A DNA stretch of 63,273 nucleotides, filler included, from Choristocarpus tenellus KU-1152 (taxonomy: Eukaryota; Protista; Phaeophyceae): NCBI GenBank assembly GCA_964200185.2. It is 12 parts of 12 records of this genome, joined end to end, with 100 filler letters (N's around TTAATTAATTAA, not from the genome) between each part and the next. Parts side by side here need not be neighbours in the genome. Positions count along the whole stretch, not along the records: positions 51,036 to 53,976 come from CAXNAD020023486.1; positions 54,077 to 60,472 come from CAXNAD020008225.1; positions 60,573 to 63,273 come from CAXNAD020025512.1; 9 more parts are not named here. One strand, written 5' to 3'. Shown here piece after piece: positions 50,936-63,272 of this stretch. The position numbers and the translations under genes are program-made. The notes under the pieces are model-generated. The model searched no databases. It was not told the DNA's origin and was given only the letters and a program-made list of their open reading frames with translations. The first letter of the stretch is position 1. The number at the start of each line of letters is the position of its first letter.

Positions 50936-51097
50936 NNNNNNNNNNNNNNNNNNNNNNNNNNNNNNNNNNNNNNNNNNNNTTAATTAATTAANNNNNNNNN
51001 NNNNNNNNNNNNNNNNNNNNNNNNNNNNNNNNNNNGTGGTGTCTGCATTTCCTAATCTACTCCACCGATGGTGTCTATAGTGTACCAGCAGCACTAT

Positions 51098-51822
51098 CTA
51101 CGAACGCCCCCCTACAACAACATCGATGGTACTCCCAGTAATCCTCGATTTCTCCTGTTCCTCCCACAACAGGTTGCACAGCTTCTGTAAGCAGTCCGTC
51201 TCCTGCTTCCCAGACTGCAAGTTTCCTCCAGGAACAAGACTGGGAAGCAAGAAAAGTGCTGGATGTCTGTATGTTAAGATACTCGCCATCGAGTGCTGTG
51301 ATTATGGATTTCAGGTGTGTGACCTACGAAAGTGTGAAATGCAATACAGCAGGAGCTTAGGCAACATCTACTTTCATATTCACGTCAGCCAGAGGGGGGG
51401 ATGTACACGTTGGTGACAATCTTCTGCGCCTTAGTCCACCTGGAACATATCGAAGTGTTCGCACTTAGGATTGTCTTCGGAATGGTCTTCTTCCTGGTTC
51501 CAAAGGTTGTCTACACCAACACTTCCTTCGTAAGAGTCGAGGGGGTCAAGTCTGGGGCTTCCTCTCCTAACCACTTCAAGAATCCAGGGACCGCCACTTC
51601 CATATAGGCTTACATTGCCAACGCATGTCTCGAAATCCGTGAAACTGTGCTTCCGCGTTCCTCCCCGGACCTCGCCGCATAGGCGATGAGAACCGCTTTG
51701 TATGACTTCAAATGAGCAGCCGTCATATTTGAACCGCACGTTTTCTTCAGTCTCTTCAGTACCCATGACACCGCAGCATTCAGCTCGAAGCCTGTGGCCG
51801 CGACCACATCCTGATAAGCCAT
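51098..51822 (-). pseudogene. Degenerate coding sequence of unknown family
   Basis: Protein-like frame from ATG 51822 with two in-frame stops (…RHALAM*AYMEV…KEVLV*TTFG…RWTKAQKIVTNVYIP), then a probable second exon LVPGGNLQSGKQETDCLQKLCNLLWEEQ. Confidence 0.35.
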
Positions 51823-52052
51823 GATTCAGTGTTCCAAGAATCTTGTATCGGTACCTATTGACTTTCGAGGGTTAGACATTACGGTGAAGTGATGTGATGG
51901 TGACATTGGGAGGTCTTGAGTGAAAAAAATAAAGCGTCGGTATAGTCGAAATGAAATCTATCGTATAACTCTCTTCAGTCACATTTTTCCAGTTCTCTTT
52001 TTCCCGTTCAGTTTTTCACCAAAAAGCAAAACCAAACAGCAAAACAAAACGT

Positions 52053-53457
52053 TGCCGAAAAACCTAGTGTTATCCTTACGTTATATGTGCTGATCCAAGT
52101 AAACAAAATAGCTTATATGTAGGTTGATCTTTAGTTTAGTGCAATACAAGGTAGTAACGTACACAGCGGTACATTATGGTGGGTCAATGGGACATTGCAA
52201 ATGGTATAGTGGGACAATAGCATCAATATAGTTATATTGGACATCAAGTGGACAATACCCTGCGGACAATTAATAATTCAGTATGTGCTTTACCATATAA
52301 TTCAATTGCTAGCTTCCGGCGACGAGCCTTACATGCACCAAGCTTCTCAACACGCTTAAGGGTAGTCTCTATGGAAACAGACGAACAAGTCTAAAAAAAT
52401 TGGAAATGTCAAGAATAGCAGCTTTAGGGGAAGTAGCATGATTGCCTGATCTGTTATGACTAGGCTTGACATTTGCAAATGCAGTTCGTGAAGTTGCCAA
52501 GTACAGTAGCAATCCCAAAGTCACTCATTGGCGTGCAGTGAAATGTATTTTAGCATATTTGAATACGTGCCCTAGTGTTGGATTGAGTTTGGGTGGTTTT
52601 AATACTGAGTGTGAGTTGAGTGCGTATGCTGATGCTAGTTATGCTGGAGACTGGAATGATCGTAGATCAGTGACTGGAGGAGCAATTATGTTTGCAGGAG
52701 GAGGAATATCTTGGATGTCAAAGGTGCAAAGAGTTGTCGCTCTGTCTTCCACGGAGAATGAATACCCAGCACTTAGTAGTGTGGCACAGGAATTATTTTT
52801 CTTGAGAAGTGTTTTTGAGTTTATTCAGTTGCAGTTGCCTAGGCGTTGCATTGACATGTTTGAGGATAACGATGGTGCATGCAAACTAGTACGAAATGGC
52901 ACAAGCTCTACTAGAACAAAGTACATTGATGTCCAACATCATTTTTTTAGGGATTTGTCTAGAAAAGGAGAGATTCGTGTTGTTTTTGTTGGTACTGCAA
53001 ACCAGAGGGCAGATGTCTTGACCAAGAATTTGCCAGTTCGAGTTTTTAGACAACATGTGAAGTTTTTGATGAACATGTGAGACAACATTTGTGTTTGATT
53101 TTATTTTTTTGTTTTATGATTGTTTGAGAGTTAATACTTGTTTTCAGCAAGGGGAGGATTTCGAATAACATAGTGTTATCCTTACGTTATATGTGCTGAT
53201 CCAAGTAAACAACATAGCTTATATGTACGTTGATCTTTAGTTTAGTACAATACAAGGTAGTAACGTACACAGCGGTACATTATGGTGGGTCAATGGGACA
53301 TTACAAATGGTATAGTGGGACAATAGCATCAATATAGTTATATTGGACATCAAGTGGACAATACCCTGCGGACAATTAATAATTCAGTGTATGCTTTACA
53401 ATAACTTCAATTGCTAGCTTCCGGCGACGAGCCTTACATGCACCAAGCTTCTTAACA
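52053..53457 (+). mobile_element. Internally deleted Ty1/Copia LTR retrotransposon (1.4 kb) with both LTRs and 5-bp TSD AACGT
   Basis: LTRs at 52053-52352 and 53159-53457 (about 95% identical by eye); TG...CA ends on the 5' LTR; polypurine tract AAGGGGAGGA at 53149-53158; AACGT at 52048-52052 and 53458-53462. Confidence 0.95.
52466..53080 (+). CDS. Copia pol remnant: RT C-terminus plus RNase H (open for 204 codons)
   Basis: HWRAVKCILAYL, YADASYA...RRSVTG, ISWMSKVQRVVALSSTENEY, EDN, RTKYIDVQHHF, QRADVLTK. Confidence 0.93.
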   Translation: MTFANAVREVAKYSSNPKVTHWRAVKCILAYLNTCPSVGLSLGGFNTECELSAYADASYAGDWNDRRSVTGGAIMFAGGGISWMSKVQRVVALSSTENEYPALSSVAQELFFLRSVFEFIQLQLPRRCIDMFEDNDGACKLVRNGTSSTRTKYIDVQHHFFRDLSRKGEIRVVFVGTANQRADVLTKNLPVRVFRQHVKFLMNM

Positions 53458-53734
53458 AACGTGTGTATAGGAGATGGCCTAAAACAGTTGACATAAATGT
53501 GAAAGATTTCTCTCCAATTCGAATATCCAGAATGCTGGCTCTGCTCCAAATAGCAATGTACAAAAAATACAGTAGGACTAGTTGTAGTCTAAAAGGTAGT
53601 TGGTATGGTATAATAAATAGTACTCGAGTGTGCACTACCATATGATGACAGGTGAAGCGGGGTGATAGGGTGGAGGAAGTGGGGAAGTTATCCCGAGTAG
53701 AAGTTAACAAATACTCCGCAAAATAATAATTACA

Positions 53735-53925
53735 TTGGTTTTTCCCCTAACATATCTACAAAATGTCAGGGTTAGAAAATAAGGATTTGTAATTCAAACT
53801 CTGATTCTTCAATCCAAGTAGATATGATGATTTTCCTTTTTCACGTCTTGTAGATGTGTCAGGGGAAAAGCCAATTCAATATCGTAAGAGCCCTGTAAAA
53901 GTAACAGTTATCATAACTGTGAAAG
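53735..53925. mobile_element. Family D fragments, tail-to-tail
   Basis: ttttcccctaacatatctacaaaatgtcaggg and the inverted tgtagatgtgtcaggggaaaa...aagtaacagttatcata. Confidence 0.6.
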
Positions 53926-53976
53926 GAGCCAAAGTATCTTAGAGGGTACAGCCGCGTCCATTTGGGGACCAAAGTC
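53926..53976 (+). mobile_element. MITE family B fragment at contig end, inserted in a family D copy
   Basis: GAGCCAAAGTATCTTAGAGGGTACAGCCGCGTCCATTTGGGG. Confidence 0.9.
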
Positions 53977-56914
53977 NNNNNNNNNNNNNNNNNNNNNNNN
54001 NNNNNNNNNNNNNNNNNNNNTTAATTAATTAANNNNNNNNNNNNNNNNNNNNNNNNNNNNNNNNNNNNNNNNNNNNGGAAGAGGGCGTTTTGGGGTTTGG
54101 TGGGGGGGGGGGGGTGGGGTGGTGTTCTTTCGCGTTCTGTGGTCCAACCCGGGGGGAGTTTTGGATTTAGATTGTGAAATAAAAAATGTTCTGTGTTGAC
54201 CCTTTCCGCCCTCAAAACGTTCCCCCCCTACTTTTGTCTGGTTTGTTTTAGATGACTGTTTTCATGGTTAGAAATTGAGATGGGAGGTGAGACCAAACTT
54301 TGTGGTATGACAGGAGTAGTATAGCCATAACTATGACATGTATTTTGAGCACTACACAAGCACGCTTTGATGGTTGTTGGATTCTTATAGTCCTGGAATA
54401 GGAACCACTATTACTATGACAAATATCGATGACTTGAAAAGAAATATAGCTCACACGATATGCCTTCTGCCCCCCTCCCCCCACCTCTGCCTCCTATCTT
54501 ATCTACTCTGCAGCACAAATTGTCGTTTACCAGAGAGCAGTGTCCTCTGTTCCTCACCAAGCTACTCCAGAAGCTCTTTCGCAATTGAAGATCTGTTGAA
54601 GTATTGTGAATTCAGACCTCCTAGTAGAGGATGGTATGCGCTTGCATCGTGCCTGGTTGATGTTGTCATGATATAATCTTGACTGCAGTCAAAATAAAAG
54701 CCCTTGTATGCAGTGCCAATCTCTGACTGGTTGGTGTATGAGAGGGAGCTTGGGATTGTGATCAGCTATTGTACGGGATTGGGGTGTCTGGGTTCCTCGG
54801 GATGCCGCACTTGCGCTTTTTTTTTGTTCTTATTTGACTTTTTCGATTTTTTCTATCCACCTGCCAGAAATGTTGAGTTCTTTTTTGGCGGTATTTTTTA
54901 TATTTCGATTTAACCCGTACATAGGCAGTAGGAAATGTTTGTCTGAGATTGGTGATATTACTGTGTGGTCACTGGGGTCATTTGAGGTGTGTGTGTGTGT
55001 GTGTGTATTTTAATATTGGAAAGAAAATAAAAAATAGTCTCTCTTGGTTCCGGTAGGTTGCTAAAGGTGCCTCACCATTGCCATGCTTGGTCCCCTTTCA
55101 AGAAGGCGTGCATAGCGTGGTTTTAGTCCCAACAGGGCTAGCCACCTGGCAAGGTAGGGCACAGTAGAGTGTATCTGTTGGGCGTTCATATTGCTGTTTT
55201 AAGAATGCAGAGACAGGGTTTCTCACTTGAGAGTTGGCTGATTGGAGTAGGGTAAAGTAAGGTTCCCAACCTGGGAACATGGCCTAATGGGTAAGTGGGA
55301 TATGGGGTGAGGTGAAATGAATGGGTGGGTGGGTGGGGGGGTGGGTGGGGGGAGGAGGGTAGAGGGTGGTGCTAACATTGGCAAGAAGCATCGACTTTGC
55401 GTCACTTGTATCATATAAATATAGTGATATTTTGTGGGTGGTGTGTGGGTGTTTGTGTGTGCGCTTGTGTGATGGAAGATGTTTAAGTACGGGGGTGTAG
55501 GCATTTCATTTAAAAAGGAGCAAAGAGGTCTGAGGGGGTTTGTTTCTTAATGGAAGGGTTGATGTAACGGTGTGTCCTTGTTTGATCTATTCTCTTGGAT
55601 GGTCTTCTAGATATTATAAATTTTTTCTTCTGCAGTGTTTGCAAGGAGTTGCGTCTGGGAGGAAGGCATTTCATGAATGAATGTCCTCTCCTGTACACAC
55701 CTTCCTCGCATTGATGAGTAGTTGGACTATTGGGACGTTTGTAAATCTGTCTTGACCAATTTATTGGTGAGTGTAGGCCAGTGGATAATACTAAGGGCGT
55801 CTGGACAGGGCGATTGTTTGTGTTTGTTGGGGGGAGGGGGAAGTGGCATGTGGACGTGTCTTCCCTTGGAGACCTGTCTGTGTAATCTAGTTATTGTTAC
55901 AGTTTTTCTGATGGACTCCAGATCTGCTGTTTGCAAGACACGGGGGGGGCTTGGAGAGGAAGGATCTGGCTCAATCCTTCCACCATTGTCTCATGGCCTC
56001 ACTCACCATTTAAATATTTTGTCACGTCGATGACTTTTTCAAGGAATTAGATGCAAACACAAATTTTATTACGGATAAAAATAATAAACCTGGATGCAAA
56101 AGTAGACTCAATAGAAGCGAGATCATAACAATTATAATTGGCTATTGGCAGGCGTCATACGACTGTTTTAAAAATTATTATTTGAAACAAATTTGGGTTC
56201 ACCATCAACATGATTTCCAGGTGGTAAGTTATTGCCAGTTTATAAAACTGTTAATCTTGAGTTCATTTCTTGACCATGGGAAGACAGGATCAGGCGAGGG
56301 GGGGAGGGGGCGCAGTTGTTTTGGACAGAAGTGTTTGTGGTGCATGCATTCATGGTTTCTGTATTGTTCATTTCGTTGCCTGCAATATGGAGTGCTGCTC
56401 ATGGTGTGTCATCTAGAGAGGAGTTTTGATGCATTACTGCTGAGAAAAGATGTCTAAGTATACTGCATCCAATGTAGATATTGACACTCTGTGCAGTCTT
56501 ATTTGAACGCTTATGTCTGTGCAATTTTTGCCTGTCAGTTCTATGGAGGAAGAATGTATTACTATTGTGTAGTGCTCCAGAGCGCTCTGGAGTACCCCCC
56601 CACAATCGTTCACGGTGAGTGTTTGGTGATGGTAAGGAAAGGGAGTGTTGCTGTGTGTGTGGTATTGACAAAAAGTGATGCCAATGACTGAGGGGACAAG
56701 GGAGGGGGTGCCCGCCTGCACCTCCAATGTCGGATGGCTTACTTTATATACTCCTATGTTCTTATGTACTTTGGTTAGTATAGATTGGTATGATGCCAGT
56801 GTCAGAACTATTTTTCTTCAAGCAAAGAAGAGTGCTGAACGGCTATTAATGTCGTAGGTGCATTTAGGTAAAACTAAGATGTTGGGGTATAGACCCTATA
56901 AAGGAGAGGGTCCT

Positions 56915-57150
56915 ATTTATTATTATTATGCTCCCTGATATTCTGGAGATATGTCAGGGGAAAAAACTAATGAAAACTATTCACATGTCAGAAAAATCCC
57001 AAGGAAGTAACAGTTTTCACAAATGTGAAAACACATTAATCTATTTGCTATTTTATTATGTTATACCACTGCCTTCCGTGTCTCCAACCTACCTATTCCT
57101 GCACCCCAGAGTGAGGAGTTAGGGAAGCATCCCAAGAATCCAACAAACCC
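56915..57150 (-). mobile_element. Family D (SINE-like) copy with (TAA)n tail
   Basis: tttattattattatgctccctgatattctggagatatgtcagggg...gggaagcatcccaagaatc. Confidence 0.8.
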
Positions 57151-58337
57151 CTCCCTACGATTATGTACAGTTTATGAGCATTTTCGATATTTATTGATAT
57201 TTTCATTTTTTAATCTATCATATTTTGCAATAGGGTGAGGGGGAGTAAAAACACAAAAAAATCCTCCTTCCTCTGTGTGACGTACTTAATGCAGCGTCTT
57301 CAAAAACGCGGTTTCGATTTAACGGTATGGTACAGTAGGAGTATGCAAAAGAAAAACAAATGTAGATGGTATATGAGGAATTGCTTATACTGTTCGGGGT
57401 AAATCTTTAGCATCATTTCACTTCTGCAGACTGTTGATTTCCAAGACGGTGGGAAATGGGAACGTTCCGATTAGTTGGCAGATTTATCTGTGAAAATGCT
57501 TCTATATAAAATATACGGTTGTGATGAGTGGTGATCGGATTGGATTGGGTGGGTGTGATACTAAACTTTTTTATGTTCTCCTCTTTTTCCCGTACGTCAT
57601 TGTACCTCAAGATATTTGCGACGTTGATGATGTCCTATCCCAACAATAGGGCAGAGACGAACACAATGCAAAAATGGTTTATATCTGTTGCTCATTTGCG
57701 ATGTCTATTGTCCAGTAAACACCAGGACCCATTTTCTCTCTAACATCGTTTCTCCCTGTACAACACTTGGGCTCATTTGCTCTATAATTTCTGTTTCGAT
57801 TGGCAAACGCTTGAGTCAATTTGGTCCTTCGTGCCCACTGTCCAGAGTGCCAATGTTTGTAGCCATTTATTCCACAACTTTGTTGTCTAGGCAGTGCTTT
57901 GCTGCTTAGAACAGCAAGAATCTGGGTTAACTGTGGTACTATGCTCTTACTTTGCGTTAAGCCAAAATGACTTTGTGCGTCTTTCGTAGATATACTGATT
58001 TCTTTACTTCCTCACGTAGTATGTTGGGAGGGTTTTGGTGAATCTCTAAAAGTTAGAATGGCTTACTTCACCACTCTTTCCTCATGAAAGTGGAAAGGCA
58101 TCCGGGTCACTCCTCCAATTTTTAGAAATGGATATCATGAAGATGGTTATTACACATGCGGTCAATGTGATGATTTTTCTTGTCCTCTTTTTTATATTGT
58201 CACTCTTGTAAGACCAACGGTTTTGAAGTCAAATCGGAAATTCCCGTCATAAAGATGCTGAGAAATCGGCGAACGGTATGTGGTATACCATCAATATATA
58301 CCAGATAGTCTCAGTAGTCACAACGCAAGTAGCCCTA

Positions 58338-58950
58338 TCTAGACAGGCAATGCGCTTTAAGCTGGAGTCACCAGGGAGATGGGCAAGGAGGGGCTTGTTA
58401 AATTCTTGGGATGCTTCCCTAGTTACTCACCCTGGGATGCAGGAATAGATTTGAGACACAGGAAGGCAGTGGTACAACATAGTAAAATAGGATACAGATT
58501 TCTACGAAATGTAAGGGGACATAATATATTATATATACATACATGCGTATGTTTATTATTATATACTCGGAGTATTACATATTATTTTATTACTATGCCG
58601 TCTCACATTTTGGAGATGTGTCAGGGTAAAAACCGATGAAAACTATTCACATGTCAGAAAAATCCCTCATAAAGTAACAGTTGTCATAAATGTGAAAGGC
58701 GTTCATCTATTTGCTATTTTACACCCAGCTATGCTACACCACTGCCTTCCTGTGTCTCCAACCTAGCTTAGTCTTGCACCCCAGGGTGAGGAGGTAGGGA
58801 AGCATCCCAAGAATCTAACAAGCTTCTCTTTGCCCATCTCCCTGGTGACTCCAGCTTAAAGCGCATTGTCCGTCTAGACAATGTGTCAAGGGGAAAAACT
58901 TGAAAAACCATTCAAATGTCAAAACAACCCCTGAGAAAGTAACAATTGTA
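58338..58950. mobile_element. Two inverted family D copies (58338-58525 and 58585-58880) plus a fragment, forming a long inverted repeat
   Basis: tctagac...caatgcgctttaagctggagtcaccagggagatgggcaa at about 58340 and its reverse complement at 58830-58880. Confidence 0.85.
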
Positions 58951-60040
58951 TATTATATATATATATATATGACAAGGTATAACTTTACAATGCCCTTCCT
59001 TGAGAAGGTATCCTTCAGGATCTGTTTAATCAAATAACATCAGCATTGCTTCCTAATGACGTCAACATCGGGTTGAGTTGACCCTACAAGCCCCCTTCTT
59101 TCACCTACCTCGTCACTCTTTTCTTGAGTGACCTTCTGAGGCTCACCCTCCTGCCTTGTCTCTCTCCCTTCCATTCCTCCTGTGGGTCTTCCCCCTGCCC
59201 TTCAATATGAAGAGCCTCTAACGGTTTCAACCTGTTTCACACATGGTCCTTTTCTTTGTATTGTACAAAAATGCGTGTGTTGGCTGGGTATCCTTATAAC
59301 GCAGCCATGCACACCTCTCGGATAGTTTGACTCAAATTCCAATCGACAACCAACATATCTGGGTGAGGAGTGAGCCAACTTGTTGGCAGGGTGTGTGGTG
59401 GAAGCAACTAGAAAGAGAGCATGACAAGGAACAAGCCAACAAGAAGGCTATGTTTATCCAGGGAGAAAAACACTAAGGTGATACATGAACCGTGTCAGTC
59501 AGTGCCTGCTTGCTAACATAGACCCAAGAAACGACCACACACACACACACACACACATTTACAACCACTACCGTCCTCATGGTGGAACCCACACACAGCG
59601 CAAGGAGAGGAATACAAACTTGCCCCAAGAGTGATACCATCTAAGAGGAGGATACTGTTGGGTTTTAAGGGTCCTTATGACTCCCTTAAGGAACACTAGA
59701 ATGTGTTTTGAGCACTGTAGAGGGCACTCTTGATTAACAGTGAGTTCACAGCTAATCTCCTTCTACAGTCACATGCGCCTTCCTAAGGTGGTTTAATTAC
59801 ATTTTAGGCATGGGCATTGTGTACACTGCACAAGGTTCTAATAGGCCTTGAACCTTGAAAGGACCAAAACCGACCCCCCTCTCTTACGGTTTCAATCCTG
59901 AGCCCACTTTATTCTCGGTGGCTGCAGCAGCAGTAGTGCTAATAGTTGCAGTCAAGGCAGCAAGTGACTTGGGCCAGAAAACCTGGTTGAAATACATGAT
60001 AATTTCCCCCATATATTTATACTCTACCCATTGGATGAGC

Positions 60041-60041
<1 letters not shown>

Positions 60042-60073
<32 letters not shown>
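60042..60073 (+). repeat. (GA)n microsatellite
   Basis: Read directly. Confidence 0.95.
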
Positions 60074-60075
<2 letters not shown>

Positions 60076-61529
60076 CTAGTTCTTATGTGAGTCTATGTGT
60101 CTACCGCGCTGCAACCTGACTACTTTCCCATGCAGTCGAACTGCATCTTTTATCCACAGGCATAGCAGTTGTCAGTTTCATTCAGGAATTACCTACAACA
60201 TTGTGGGTTAAAAAAAAAGAAACAAAACACGGTGCAACAGGTCCTGAGTGACTATAGTACACCTCCACTACCAACGCCTGACCAATACAACTCAACTCCT
60301 CGCATCGGTTGAGGCAGGCGAGAGGTCGCCCCCTAACCCACGTCCATCCCGTTGTTACATCAAACCCCAAGCTTCAGAAAGAGAGACAATTAGTTGAAGT
60401 GCAACACCATAGTCCAACTCGCTTTTTTTCCCATGCCCAAGCACACAGGTGCGGGGGTGTCTGTATGCCAGGNNNNNNNNNNNNNNNNNNNNNNNNNNNN
60501 NNNNNNNNNNNNNNNNTTAATTAATTAANNNNNNNNNNNNNNNNNNNNNNNNNNNNNNNNNNNNNNNNNNNNGGGTCGTGGGGGGGGGGGGGGGGGGGGG
60601 GGGGGGAGGGGAGTGAGTAATGTGTAACTTCGGGAAGTGGGTCACTTTTTACCAGCGGAATGAAGTGGTGTCCTGCAAAGGTGAGGAGAAACATTAGGGG
60701 CATCAGTAGACAGATGGACACAAGAGGCAATTCTTAACAGTTTCACAATAAATGTACTTAAATACTCATGATAGTGAAAGTGAATTGGGATGTCCAGATT
60801 TTAGTCTGCCCTCTTTTGGTTTGAAGGGGCTATCAGTGTTCTTGGTGATGTCAATCGAAGTGGTATCTGATGCGATCGTTCAAAAGACGTTTGTTGCCTC
60901 ACTGCCCCGCCATCACTCCTGGTCTCGGTCTCTCTCTCTCTTTTTTTTCTTTTCTTGTGATTTTTTGGGGGGGAGGTGGGGGGAGGTGTATCACGGGGTA
61001 AAAAAGTTGAAGTCCGATCGTTTTTTTCCTGTGGTGAAATTTTTTTTTTTAATCTTTGCATCTCTCTTCTCGTTGCGACTTTTTTATGTGGAGTATGTGC
61101 AGGATTGGTCGTGTTTTTGTGTTTTTAAGAGAGACTATAGACCAGGAGGAGCCCCCGTTCATAATTACTTTTTTGCAAGTATATATATATTATTTTTTTC
61201 TGGTTTTGGCTTTTTTTGGTCGTATGATGACTCCTTTTCTTATTTTTATATTTTCTACTGTTTTTTCTTTCTGCTCCACGGTCTGCAGTGGTGAGCCTCT
61301 TTTTCTTAGATCTTGTACTCTTTTCCTTACACTTGTTCACATTAGTTCTACTCCATTTTTTTTTGTTACTGTCACAGTTTTTTTCTTGTTCTTTTTTTTT
61401 GTTTAATTTTTTTTCCGAAAGTGCGATTGCCCGTCGTTTTGAAATTGCAATTTTTTTTTGTAATACCATTTTTTTTTATTTTTGCTTCCTCCTGTGGCGT
61501 GGCGTGCTTGCTAACTGCTGGTCGAGCAG

Positions 61530-61607
61530 GTCCTGGTGCAGATCTTAAAGCAGGAGTGGCCTCACAACTGGCCCACCTTCATCTCCGATATTTGTGATGC
61601 CAGCAGG
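61530..61607 (+). CDS. XPO1: Exportin-1 (CRM1) internal exon
   Basis: [26 protein letters not shown] between AG and GT, near-identical to the conserved CRM1 [20 protein letters not shown] segment. Confidence 0.92.
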
Positions 61608-62711
61608 GTGAGACTAACTACCGTGGTGATTGGGGTGTTTTATTGATGTTCCTGAAGTGGATGACAGAGGTGGACAGATTTCCGTTTTGAAAGAGGGTGT
61701 AATTTTGTTATATGTTGATGTGTACCTTTCTTTTTTTTACGGTTGGGGGTAGTGACTGCACGGCAATAGTTCACTACGTCATTGCGGGTTGATTGATTGT
61801 TCAGGTGGTGTAAACGCCTCTTGTGTTTTGTTGCATTGTGGTATTGTGTTGGAGTTTTGGTTTCTAGTTGAGGTTTCCAGGTGTCGTGATGAAGGGTTCG
61901 GATGAATAATTGGGTTTTATTTTGTTTGTTTATTTGTATGTATCTATTCAAACAAAAGAATGTTAAAGTAGTTTTGCTGCAGTTACTTTTTGTGTTTATA
62001 TAAAATATATTTATGTGTATAATGTGTGATGGCGATAGTAGTATAAATAGTAATATTCATGGAAAGAGTAGTAGTAACTGTGCTGTTTGTGCCTGGTATT
62101 AGACAAGGAAGTTACATACATTGCTACATATTGTGTGTGTATGTACATGTGGCGGCTGTATCGTAGGAAGGTACCGAGTTGAATATTGTAGGATTCAAAT
62201 ATTAAATTCAAATATTAAACAGCATTAGTTGCTACGGCAGTACTCCAATTTACCACAAGGTTAGTTTGATTGTAGTTCAATTTTGATGCAGGCTCTTAAA
62301 GGTTTTGAAGAGGAGAGGTTAAAGGTTCTACTGTTAACACCGCCGATTGATACATAGTGGAACGAGCTGTGTCTGTTGTGTCTGCTGTAGTGGCGGGCCC
62401 GTGCGACAGCCCCCTGGGGCAACACTCACACACCTCATCACACCCCATGCCATTGCGTAGTGGTGTACACAGCACACAGTGGCATGTAGTAGTGGACTTG
62501 ATGGGGTGGGTAGTACCTGAGAACACAACGTATGTATGACTGTGGTGATACACTATATAGGATTCACGACACTGTTTTGTTTTTTTTTATGGTGGAGGGG
62601 GGGAAATGGGAAAGGGGAAGGGGAAGGACCATTGATTGTTTTTTTTTTAATATGATGATGGGGGTAAAGCATGAAATATTGACGGTAGTAAGTAGGTACA
62701 GCAGCGGTGAC

Positions 62712-62768
62712 GATGTGTACCTCACTGCGTCACAATTTCGATGTGTACCTCACTGCGTCACAATTTCT
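62712..62768 (+). repeat. 28-bp direct tandem duplication
   Basis: gatgtgtacctcactgcgtcacaatttc occurs twice. Confidence 0.9.
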
Positions 62769-63233
62769 TTCGAAATATTTTTTCGTATCGCCTTGCCATT
62801 GTATGTATCAAAAGTGTAGTACTGTATTGTGTCAGGATGGTGTTAATTGGTAGCATTGGAAGGGCGGCGTTGGCATTTATATTCATAGCAGAGCTTAGGT
62901 TTAGGGAAGGGTGAAGTAGAAAAAAGAGGCGTTTTGTTGGCTCGATGTGGCGTGTACTGAATTTTTCCGCCAGTGTACAAAAAAAAATGTTTTCTCGTGA
63001 TTTTTTTTTTCTGTTCCCTCTCAATTCGCAGCATGGTTTGTGCAGTCCCACCTGATGTTCATTGTAACTTGAAACTGGGGAAGAAAGTTTTACGGTGTGT
63101 GTGGGGAAGGGTTTCCACTAGACCATCCTCTGGCTCGATGTTTTGTAACTTCTTAGTCACTTTTCAACGACCTTTTTTTTTGTTATTTATTGTACCGAAC
63201 GAAAATGTGGTGTCAGGCGTGTTATATTATCTA

Positions 63234-63272
<39 letters not shown>

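Noticed and set aside
55300-56880. Possible decayed non-LTR retrotransposon RT
   Set aside because: A QGxP-like echo (EVQAGTP) is too weak, and no YxDD was found.
60752-61548. Phe-rich or Lys-rich ORFs as membrane or basic proteins
   Set aside because: They arise from T-rich intronic sequence upstream of the XPO1 exon.
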